A DNA stretch of 64,000 nucleotides, from IMG/VR virus record IMGVR_UViG_2822699256_000006; one strand, given 5' to 3'. The notes beneath the pieces are model-generated. The model was not told the DNA's origin. It saw only the letters and a program-made list of their open reading frames with translations, and searched no databases. Position 1 is the stretch's first letter; every line of letters starts with the position of its first letter. This DNA is from an uncultured virus (IMG/VR IMGVR_UViG_2822699256_000006) (taxonomy: Duplodnaviria > Heunggongvirae > Uroviricota > Caudoviricetes). Positions 49,131-57,503 of the stretch are shown here, piece by piece. A program made the position numbers and the translations under genes.

Positions 49131-49814
49131 ATGACAGATTTACATTTTTTAAATTCACCTACACCAAAGCCAATATCAAATAAGCCTGATTGCAATAGGA
49201 TGGTAGCGGAAAAACTAGGGACTACTACTCGTGGTTGTAACTGTCAAAGTATGATATTACTCCTTATTCAGAATGGTGAAATTAAAACGTGGGAGAATAT
49301 TACTGCTACACCTTGCCATTTGATAGAAATGAAGATAGGTAAAACTGAAGATGAATATACTTCTTACATTAAAGATGGTGAGGGCATATATGCTCCTGAA
49401 AGAAAAGGGACATCCTATACTTTTGATATAAATGGTGATTTTAAAGAATTCGGGGAACCAGCTCGCTATATTGAGACAATTAAACTTGGTGATAAATATT
49501 TTACAAAGCAAGTTTGTGATGCATTCGATGAAGTCACTTGGGAATTTTTCGAAGACTATAATTGTCCTGATGAATTAAAAGAATTACCTACTGGCATTTA
49601 TCGTTTACTAATTGAACATGCGTGCTTTAATTCTTGGTCACCTGATTGTGGTTATGAAGGGGATGGAGATGTAGATTATAAACTTTATACTGATATTCCT
49701 CTTCATTATTATTGGAAATATAAAGAAGAGTTAGTTGCTGAAGCTGAGCCTGAAGCAGAAGAATTAGCAGCAAGATATATTTATTTACAAGAGATCAATA
49801 ATCTAAATTATTAG
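49131..49814 (+). CDS. hypothetical protein
   Basis: AAGGAG RBS; 227 aa. Confidence 0.7.
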   Translation: MTDLHFLNSPTPKPISNKPDCNRMVAEKLGTTTRGCNCQSMILLLIQNGEIKTWENITATPCHLIEMKIGKTEDEYTSYIKDGEGIYAPERKGTSYTFDINGDFKEFGEPARYIETIKLGDKYFTKQVCDAFDEVTWEFFEDYNCPDELKELPTGIYRLLIEHACFNSWSPDCGYEGDGDVDYKLYTDIPLHYYWKYKEELVAEAEPEAEELAARYIYLQEINNLNY

Positions 49815-49817
49815 GAG

Positions 49818-50138
49818 ATGGATAAGATGGACCAAAAATATAAATTATTTAACAAGGCAACAAATGCACTAATCATGGAAAACAATGAAGAAACAATACG
49901 TGAAAAAGTAGAAGAAATGCTAGAAGATAAAGTTGGTCTTATTATTATGCTTGAACAAACTACTGAAGAGGATAATGTAAATCCATTACTTATTTACTTA
50001 CATAGTGATAATTACGACCATTTAAGTGACGAAGAACTTGAAGGCTTAGCAAATAATTCTATTGATTTAGAAGGTACAATGTTAGAACAACATGAAGGGA
50101 TTTGTCAGTATCTTGACATTTATGTGGTGGCAGCGTAA
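49818..50138 (+). CDS. hypothetical acidic protein
   Basis: ORF track. Confidence 0.65.
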   Translation: MDKMDQKYKLFNKATNALIMENNEETIREKVEEMLEDKVGLIIMLEQTTEEDNVNPLLIYLHSDNYDHLSDEELEGLANNSIDLEGTMLEQHEGICQYLDIYVVAA

Positions 50139-50440
50139 TGGTTATGAAGCAAATATCTGATTGTATAGATCGTGCGTTAAAAGGATTACCTCCATTAAAG
50201 AGTAAAAAGTGGAAGGCTTATTTACAATGGAACGAAGAACATAGGACTCATTATATCTGTCTCTATCACTATCAACATCTCGTTTTAATTTATGATACTG
50301 TGAAGAAAAGTATTTTACATCAGTGGTGGGAAAAACCAGCTGATAAAAGAGGTCTGGATAGTGCGAAAGAGTATATAGAAGAAAAAGAGAGAATTTGTTT
50401 AAAAGAGAAGAAACCTCTTATTCAAATGGGGGATAAGTAG
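50138..50440 (+). CDS. hypothetical protein
   Basis: coupled ORF. Confidence 0.65.
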   Translation: MVMKQISDCIDRALKGLPPLKSKKWKAYLQWNEEHRTHYICLYHYQHLVLIYDTVKKSILHQWWEKPADKRGLDSAKEYIEEKERICLKEKKPLIQMGDK

Positions 50441-50477
50441 ATTATTCTTGAGTTATTCAAACAAAACCTGTTATTAT

Positions 50478-50491
50478 TGTAATGTATTACA
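50478..50491. promoter_or_regulatory. palindromic operator copy
   Basis: tgtaatgtattaca immediately after TGtTATTAT. Confidence 0.7.
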
Positions 50492-50492
50492 T

Positions 50493-50515
50493 TCCCCCTC
50501 CGGGGGATGTTTTTG
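50493..50515 (+). promoter_or_regulatory. C-TCC-G hairpin + TGT box, copy 9
   Basis: tccccc-tcc-ggggga, tgtttttg. Confidence 0.8.
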
Positions 50516-50536
50516 TATAACTAAGGAGGAATTCAT

Positions 50537-51856
50537 ATGACAACAGCTACTCAAGATGAGGTCAATATCAATCAAATTGATGAACAAATTGAACAGGAAC
50601 TAAAAACAACACTGACTTTGGCAATACAAACAGATTCATTAAAAGCAGCCGTAGGAAAAGTTGAAAAAGCAATTTCTAAAAGAACTACAATCGAGATTTT
50701 TACATATATTTATATTGATATTCAGCCTGATTTATTAACATTCCGTGGAGTGAATGGAGACTATATTGAAGAAGCTACTATTAAACAAAATGAAGATCAA
50801 TCTAATTTTAAAATTACAGCTGGGAATGGTGGTTCAGTTTGCTTCCCTGGAGCAAAATTTGTGGATATCGTTAAAAAGCTACAACATAAGGATACTGCAA
50901 TTAAAATTGAAGAATATAAAGCAGTTATTAAATCTGGGCGACCTAAGTTTAGTATTAATGGTGTAAGTGGTGATGAGTTCCCAGCTATGCCTGATATTGA
51001 TCCGGCTACATCTGTATCTATTTCGTTACATAGTGATATTTTAAGCACCATGTATAATAAAACGATGTATGCTGCTTCTGCTAGTGAGACACGTCCAATT
51101 TTAACTGGTGTAGAGCATAAGATTCTTGATAATAATTTCAAATGCGTAGCGACAGACTCTCATCGTTTAGCTCAATATGTTCATGAGATGGATGAAGAAA
51201 ATTTACCTGATTTTAATGCAGTTGTTCCAGCTTCAGTTTTAAAGGAAGTGAAGAAACACTTAGATGCTTATTCTGGTGAAGTGCTTTTACATTTATCGGA
51301 TTCACAATTAATCTATGAATTTTTTGATGTGCGTCTTTCAACACGTCTACTCGATGGCAACTACCCAGCAACAGAGCGCCTTATTTTTAAAGAAGCCAAT
51401 ATTGGTGTAACTTTTATTGCTGGTCCATTAAAAGAAATGCTTACAAGAGCTACAGTAATGAATGAAGATAAACCTATTCGCATTAAAATTAAGCCTGAAT
51501 TAAATCAATGTCGTATTTCTACTCTTGAAAATCAAATTGGTGCATTTCAAGAAGATATTACAACACTAAAAGGAGAAGGCCCTGATATAGAATTATGCGT
51601 AAACGTACGATATCTTCAAGATGCATTATCTAAGTATGGCGCTGATGATTATGTTCGTTTTGAATTTCTTGAAGCATTAAGACCGTTTAAATTACGATTA
51701 TTAGATGGTAATCCAGATTGCCTTGAAATCGTTTTACCGGTTCGTTCGTTTGATAACAATAATACAACAGATGAAGTGGTTATCGAAAACTTCCAAGATG
51801 CTATGGCTGTACAGGAATTTAATCCATTTGAGGATGATTTTAATAATATTGAGTAA
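50537..51856 (+). CDS. dnaN: DNA polymerase III beta sliding clamp
   Basis: DEFP, ASASETRPILTGV, VATDSHRLA, TRLLDGNYP, NVRYLQDAL, IVLPVR. Confidence 0.9.
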   Translation: MTTATQDEVNINQIDEQIEQELKTTLTLAIQTDSLKAAVGKVEKAISKRTTIEIFTYIYIDIQPDLLTFRGVNGDYIEEATIKQNEDQSNFKITAGNGGSVCFPGAKFVDIVKKLQHKDTAIKIEEYKAVIKSGRPKFSINGVSGDEFPAMPDIDPATSVSISLHSDILSTMYNKTMYAASASETRPILTGVEHKILDNNFKCVATDSHRLAQYVHEMDEENLPDFNAVVPASVLKEVKKHLDAYSGEVLLHLSDSQLIYEFFDVRLSTRLLDGNYPATERLIFKEANIGVTFIAGPLKEMLTRATVMNEDKPIRIKIKPELNQCRISTLENQIGAFQEDITTLKGEGPDIELCVNVRYLQDALSKYGADDYVRFEFLEALRPFKLRLLDGNPDCLEIVLPVRSFDNNNTTDEVVIENFQDAMAVQEFNPFEDDFNNIE

Positions 51857-51894
51857 TACATTTCATTAAAATAATATGCAATACACCAAAGGAG

Positions 51895-52197
51895 ATGTTT
51901 ATTTTGTCATTACTAATGAAAGAGCCTACATACCGTAGTCATTCAGTGCTATGTTGTTGCGGAAATATGATTGAAACTGTAACAGCTATCGGAATGGCAT
52001 ACCTGGACATAAACAATGAGGTTTACGCAGCTGAAAAGCTAGGAGGGTTATTAACTGGAGATGAAGCACCTTTACTTGATGGCCGCTATGTAAACTTGCC
52101 ATATGAATATCACATTAAAGGCGGAAAGATTGAGCATATTTACAATGTATTGACTGATGAAAACCAACTAAATCTATTTGAGGAGACAAATCTATGA
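51895..52197 (+). CDS. hypothetical protein with C-terminal QLNLF
   Basis: ORF track. Confidence 0.65.
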   Translation: MFILSLLMKEPTYRSHSVLCCCGNMIETVTAIGMAYLDINNEVYAAEKLGGLLTGDEAPLLDGRYVNLPYEYHIKGGKIEHIYNVLTDENQLNLFEETNL

Positions 52198-52424
52198 GCA
52201 TGGAGCACATATCAAAATCAATTTTTATTACAAATACATTTGCACAAGCACACCCAGAAGAGCATATTCGTCTATGGGCTCAGTTTGAAAAAGAGGTACC
52301 TTATTCAAGGAGGTCTGGAACATATGGTGCAGACAATTTAGCCTATGTCAGCTGGTTAAAAAAGCAACAAAATCCTGTTGTGAAGCAGTTCTTAACAACA
52401 AATATCACGCAATCTTCGTTTTGA
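52194..52424 (+). CDS. hypothetical protein
   Basis: GAGGAG RBS; coupled. Confidence 0.65.
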   Translation: MSMEHISKSIFITNTFAQAHPEEHIRLWAQFEKEVPYSRRSGTYGADNLAYVSWLKKQQNPVVKQFLTTNITQSSF

Positions 52425-52450
52425 TGAATACCTTTAAATATACTTTCACC

Positions 52451-52497
52451 CATTTATCTCATAGATTTCTATAATGAAAATATCTATGAGATAAATG
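52451..52497. repeat. perfect 16-bp inverted repeat
   Basis: catttatctcatagat-N15-atctatgagataaatg. Confidence 0.85.
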
Positions 52498-52590
52498 CCA
52501 TAAGTAAACATCGTACAATGATATATTACTATATGTTTCTCTTAACATATGATTGTATGAAAATAATTATTAGCAGGGGGCTTATTTAAC

Positions 52591-52983
52591 ATGAAAGAAT
52601 TATCACTACAGGAACAACTTATAATGGATCAATCTATTCTTATTGCAGCTTCTAAATATGCAATGAAGATATCAGGATTTAAGGAGCAACTTGAACAAAT
52701 TAAGCCTGAATTAAATGAAGATATGAAACTAGAGAAACGTTATGATATTGAGAGCCAATGGTTCGTTCAAAAGGAGATTATTATGTTAGCTCGTTCTGTA
52801 ACTCATGATGATGAACTAGCAACATATGAAACACTTAATGATGATATGCTCTCTTTTAAAGATGAAGTAAATAATAACTTAGATAAACCTTACTATTTCT
52901 ATTACAAAGATGGAATGATGTATCTTGCTCGTTTAGTAGAAGAGGAATCTAATAATAAAGAAAAAGAATTAGTGGAGGTGTAA
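52591..52983 (+). CDS. hypothetical protein
   Basis: AGGGGG RBS. Confidence 0.7.
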   Translation: MKELSLQEQLIMDQSILIAASKYAMKISGFKEQLEQIKPELNEDMKLEKRYDIESQWFVQKEIIMLARSVTHDDELATYETLNDDMLSFKDEVNNNLDKPYYFYYKDGMMYLARLVEEESNNKEKELVEV

Positions 52984-53418
52984 TAGTAATGGAAATCACA
53001 GAACATTATCCATTTCAAGAAGATGTTTATAAGCAGCTACAAGATATTGCAGCGAATGGGGAATATATGGCCATTGGCATGCCTTCTAGATTTGGTACTA
53101 TCATAAGCTTAGAACCAGTTAATCTAAAAGGAGAAAAATACATTGAGACAATCATTCAAATAAATGATTAGAAAGACGGTGGAATTTTGCACATTTCAGA
53201 AGCTATCAAAACAATCACCGATAATAAGAAATGCTACGCTACAAATGGAACAGTAAGCATTTTTTGCAACAGCTTTGGAGCCATCCAAACAAGAGGAAAA
53301 ATATCACATTTAACTCTATCACCTAATGTAATGAAGAGTGATTGGAAAATTATTAATGAACCCTGGTATAAGGAAGAGTAACGAAAACATTCTAAAGATT
53401 AAAGGAGACGAGTAGATA

Positions 53419-53802
53419 ATGGCATTACCAACATTTCATATGGAACAAGATTCTGAGGGTGGACTTACCCTAACATATACTACAAGTTCTGGCAGATCAT
53501 CCTCTACATATTTTAATGCACCGCCTAGTAGTATTGACCATGTTTGTATTGATTACATGAAAGGACGTTTTAATAATATAAAAACATGGAGTCAGGTTGA
53601 TTTTATTAAGCAGCAATATAAAAAAGAATATACTCGCATTCAAGCAGAAAATGTTCTTAATAGAGTAAAAGAATTCATGATAACAAATAAAATAACTTGT
53701 GAAGAAACAATTCATCAAAGTGATAGAGTTATTGAAAATGCTTATGGATTTATTGAAGATTTATATAATCTAGTAGAGGATTCACTTCCTTCTGAAGAAT
53801 AA
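53419..53802 (+). CDS. hypothetical protein
   Basis: AAGGAG RBS. Confidence 0.65.
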   Translation: MALPTFHMEQDSEGGLTLTYTTSSGRSSSTYFNAPPSSIDHVCIDYMKGRFNNIKTWSQVDFIKQQYKKEYTRIQAENVLNRVKEFMITNKITCEETIHQSDRVIENAYGFIEDLYNLVEDSLPSEE

Positions 53803-53822
53803 ATTGACGAGGTGAATAATAG

Positions 53823-54134
53823 ATGGAAGGTTATAAAATAACAACTCTTGATGCAATGGGATATAGCTATGGGGATAAATACTTTTTAGATTATAAGAAA
53901 GCTGAAAATGAATTTTATGAGCGATTAGGTTCAGTCATACAAGATCGAGAAGAACTAGCACAACCAGAGGATATCGATGGTCAGTCTCCATGGAAAATAC
54001 AAAATGAAGTAGATAAGGAGCAAATCATTAAAAGAGCTTATTGTCTATTATGGGAAGAAACATGTGGATTTGACGGATGCGAATCTTATATTACCAGCGA
54101 AGAAATTGTATTTGAAAAGATAGAAATAAACTAA
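53823..54134 (+). CDS. hypothetical protein
   Basis: GAGGTG RBS. Confidence 0.65.
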   Translation: MEGYKITTLDAMGYSYGDKYFLDYKKAENEFYERLGSVIQDREELAQPEDIDGQSPWKIQNEVDKEQIIKRAYCLLWEETCGFDGCESYITSEEIVFEKIEIN

Positions 54135-54169
54135 TGGAAATCCTTATTTAATAGAAAGAGGTATAAGAA

Positions 54170-54421
54170 ATGGTTAACTTAACACCTTTTATGTATGCTC
54201 GACATTATGATCCAGATAAACCTTATCTAGTGTATTCCGTTAATTGCGATAAGCCAGAGACAACTAGTGGATATATGCAAGGGTATTGGGAATGCACTCA
54301 TTGTGGAGAAGGTAGTCAATTTAGATTTTATGACGATACCTATTGGCCTAAATACGAAGCGAAGTGTCCGAAATGCAACAAAGAGTTTATTGCAATTGAT
54401 GATACTGACTATGATGACTAA
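54170..54421 (+). CDS. small zinc-ribbon protein
   Basis: CTHC...CPKC. Confidence 0.65.
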   Translation: MVNLTPFMYARHYDPDKPYLVYSVNCDKPETTSGYMQGYWECTHCGEGSQFRFYDDTYWPKYEAKCPKCNKEFIAIDDTDYDD

Positions 54422-54466
54422 TTCATAACAAAAGCATTATTTGAAAGTAAGGGTAGGTGATGAAAG

Positions 54467-54643
54467 ATGATGGGATTTAATCCGTTTCATGAATGGTGGA
54501 AGAGGGACGGTTATGTTTCATGGCCAGCATACTTAATAGGAATGCCGATTATAACAATAGTGATTATAATAGCATGGATAGTTATTACAATTGGTGGACC
54601 TATATTAGGACTAATTCAATGGATAAAAAATAAAACAAAATAG
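54467..54643 (+). CDS. 58-aa membrane protein (not in ORF track)
   Basis: AGGTG RBS; long hydrophobic stretch. Confidence 0.55.
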   Translation: MMGFNPFHEWWKRDGYVSWPAYLIGMPIITIVIIIAWIVITIGGPILGLIQWIKNKTK

Positions 54644-55396
54644 TTATTTTGCATAAAAGTGGAGGGAGCAAAGTGAACATTCCTGAAGGTTTATCATTTG
54701 GTCAAATGTTAGATGAAATAAAAGAAGGGGATAAAGCAGAGTGTTTGGATTTTAGATATGATTCAATATGCTGTATTGACAATGAAGTATTGGTTTGGGA
54801 ACTAAGTGAAGAAGTAGTTCGTTTAAATGGTGATTTCTTTAGAATGAAGTGGAAGATTTTAAGAGGTGCATCAGAATTATAAAAATAAGCTGGAAGATAA
54901 GAAATGTATAAAAAGATAGCTATCTTGAAGAAAGTTGGTATTAAAATGAAAACTATTGTTTTTAGATGGAGATATGGCATGGCTGACCATGAAGTTGAAG
55001 AAGAAGAATTTGAATTCGACAATGATGCAACAGAAAAGGAAATAAGTGAGGAATGGCAAAGTTGGATTTGGTCTAAGGTTGGAGAGCAATTTACTTGGTA
55101 TGAAAAAGAAAACAAAAGCATTATTTCATAGAATTTTATAGAAAAGTAGGTGTTTGTGTGGGTGAGACTTTTAAAGTAAATCCATCTGAAATTCCTAATG
55201 AAATCACTATTGTATTAAGCGAAAAAGACAAGTGTTTATTTGCTCAAATGCTGACGGATTTTATGATTAGTGCAGAAGATGCAGGAAGTAATTATAGGAG
55301 CATATATAGAAGAGGTTTGAAGATGGTTTATAACGATTATTATCCAGAAGATAAAATCTATTAATCGTAACAAAAGTGTTAGAGCAAAGAGGTGAA

Positions 55397-55603
55397 ATGA
55401 GCTTGCAACTATTAAATCTAATTTTAAAGTTTCCTTTTAGATTAATATGCAAAAAGAAAGGTCATATTCTTCAGAATTGTAATGGTTATTTTGGAATCTT
55501 TGCACCTAAGTATACCTGGCACTGTACAAGATGTGGAATTAGGAGTAAGGGAGATTATGATAGTTTAAAGAAAAAAGGAATGCTGTATAAACCAAAAGAT
55601 TAG
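55397..55603 (+). CDS. DUF1660-like small Cys/His protein
   Basis: ICKKKGH...WHCTRCG. Confidence 0.55.
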   Translation: MSLQLLNLILKFPFRLICKKKGHILQNCNGYFGIFAPKYTWHCTRCGIRSKGDYDSLKKKGMLYKPKD

Positions 55604-55635
55604 ATAAAATTATCACATAAAAATGAGGTACTGAT

Positions 55636-55851
55636 ATGACAACTACAGAATGGATATTATGCGGGATCATCGTGTATCTGTTAATTGGATTTATAATATG
55701 GATTTGGTCTGTATGTACAGATCGCTGGGGAGGATTCCTCTTATATCCAGTGTTTGCTTTATTAATAATAGTTGGGTGGCTGCCATTAACAATAAGAAAC
55801 GTAATTGAATTAATCTCAGAAAAATATAAGAAGTGGAAGGGAAGAGTTTGA
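55636..55851 (+). CDS. small membrane protein
   Basis: two hydrophobic helices; GAGG RBS. Confidence 0.6.
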   Translation: MTTTEWILCGIIVYLLIGFIIWIWSVCTDRWGGFLLYPVFALLIIVGWLPLTIRNVIELISEKYKKWKGRV

Positions 55852-56068
55852 TGGAAAAAGATATTAAAAAATTAATAGATTTAATATGTTCTAATTCTAC
55901 AGATGATGAAATCATTGGTGAAGTTGTTGTGTTCTTGCAGCGAGATGATGTTGAAAATGGCTATAAAGTTGATCTATTAGCTGAACTAGCAAGTAAAGCA
56001 AATCACAATTACTTTGTAGATGCACAAAATAAATTAGATGCACTTAATTTTAGCTGAGGAACTATCAA

Positions 56069-56224
56069 ATGAAAAAGACTTCTAGAATTCAAAGATTTAT
56101 ATGTAAGAACTTTAAAGGTCACATTTGGAAATTTTCATATGCGACATATCAAGATGGAGAACTTGTAAAAAGACAATGGCATTGTACTAGATGTGGATAT
56201 GGAAAGGTGAATTACTTTTCATGA
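56069..56224 (+). CDS. DUF1660-like small Cys/His protein (not in ORF track)
   Basis: FICKNFKGHIW...WHCTRCG. Confidence 0.55.
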   Translation: MKKTSRIQRFICKNFKGHIWKFSYATYQDGELVKRQWHCTRCGYGKVNYFS

Positions 56225-56349
56225 AAACTTCTGTAGGCAATATCAAATTAAATCCTAAAATAAAATGCTTTTTTATTGGACATGATTGGAGATTTTGTTT
56301 TGAGATAGGTAAGCGAAAATGTTTACGATGTGGTGTACATAAATACTAG
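56221..56349 (+). CDS. DUF1660-like small Cys/His protein (not in ORF track)
   Basis: KCFFIGHDW...CLRCG; ATGA overlap. Confidence 0.55.
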   Translation: MKTSVGNIKLNPKIKCFFIGHDWRFCFEIGKRKCLRCGVHKY

Positions 56350-56388
56350 TCATTTAAAAATTTAAAAAAGGAGTAAACAGTACAGCAA

Positions 56389-56655
56389 ATGGGGATTGAC
56401 GGTCAGTTATCAATATTTGATATAGATGTTACAAAAGAGAAGCTCTACAACGTATTAAAAATGAACAAGTGCAAATATATTATCCAAAATTACTACTTAT
56501 ATAAAGATTATTATGGCTTAGTTAAATACTTTTATATTCGAACAACAGAAAATATTATTATTGATTTGTGCTTATCTGATTTCCCTGAGGTGTTTGCGAT
56601 ATATGAGGGATTTACAGATAAAGAAATTAAGCAAATATACCGTGGAAGATTATAG
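56389..56655 (+). CDS. hypothetical protein with N-terminal QLSIF
   Basis: AAGGAG RBS. Confidence 0.65.
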   Translation: MGIDGQLSIFDIDVTKEKLYNVLKMNKCKYIIQNYYLYKDYYGLVKYFYIRTTENIIIDLCLSDFPEVFAIYEGFTDKEIKQIYRGRL

Positions 56656-56691
56656 CTTACAGTTTTTATAAAGAAAGAAGGCGCAACTGAA

Positions 56692-56979
56692 ATGTATAAC
56701 AAGGAAAATATTTATGATGAGCAGATTGCTCCGTTATTACAGCAGATTCTAGATATATGTAAAAAGGAAGAAATTCCAATGGTTGCACAATTTTATCTTG
56801 CTGAAGAATCGCCTTATGTGGAGGAAGTAAAACCCTTATATTCTTCATCGGTTATTATTCCAAAGAGTCATAATAGTGATAAAAAAGGGATTCAGCATTT
56901 AAAATCCATTAATCAAATTATGAAATACGGAACAATAGGTCCACCTGTGATTATGGCTACAACTATTAGAAAGGGATGA
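56692..56979 (+). CDS. hypothetical phage-like protein
   Basis: KENIYDEQIAPLLQQILDICK...IPM pattern. Confidence 0.65.
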   Translation: MYNKENIYDEQIAPLLQQILDICKKEEIPMVAQFYLAEESPYVEEVKPLYSSSVIIPKSHNSDKKGIQHLKSINQIMKYGTIGPPVIMATTIRKG

Positions 56980-56986
56980 ATGTTAA

Positions 56987-57277
56987 ATGATTATTGGCAA
57001 AAAAGAAATGCTTGAAACTATTGAAGTGTTTCATAATACGAGAGAAGAAATGCTTGAGAATCGAAAACAATTAGTTTCTGAAGGCTGGTCAGATAATATT
57101 AGGCAAACTGTTCTTGGTGCAACTTTAGTAGAAATGCATGTAGCTGACCAGGAAGATTTCAAGCGAAAATACCCTACAGTTACTATTTATGAGCATGGCT
57201 CAAACTACTATACAAATATGCCTTATGTATTTTGTACTAAGCATGAAAGAAAAGTAGATGCAAAGAATGAATTTTAA
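56987..57277 (+). CDS. hypothetical protein
   Basis: ORF track. Confidence 0.6.
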   Translation: MIIGKKEMLETIEVFHNTREEMLENRKQLVSEGWSDNIRQTVLGATLVEMHVADQEDFKRKYPTVTIYEHGSNYYTNMPYVFCTKHERKVDAKNEF

Positions 57278-57503
57278 AAATAGGAGAGATAACTATCTAT
57301 GGCTAATTATCAATTTGTAGTTATTTGGTTAAATGAAATGGGCGAGGAACAAAAAAGATATGCAACTTGCGAAGAAGATCGCAACACAATTATGCAAGGC
57401 CTAGCTGATGATGGCTATTCACCAGTTTGGCGCCCAGTTGAATAAATTAAGCAAAAAGACCTTCAGTTGTTTTGAGGGTCTTTTTTATGAAAGGTGGATG
57501 GAG

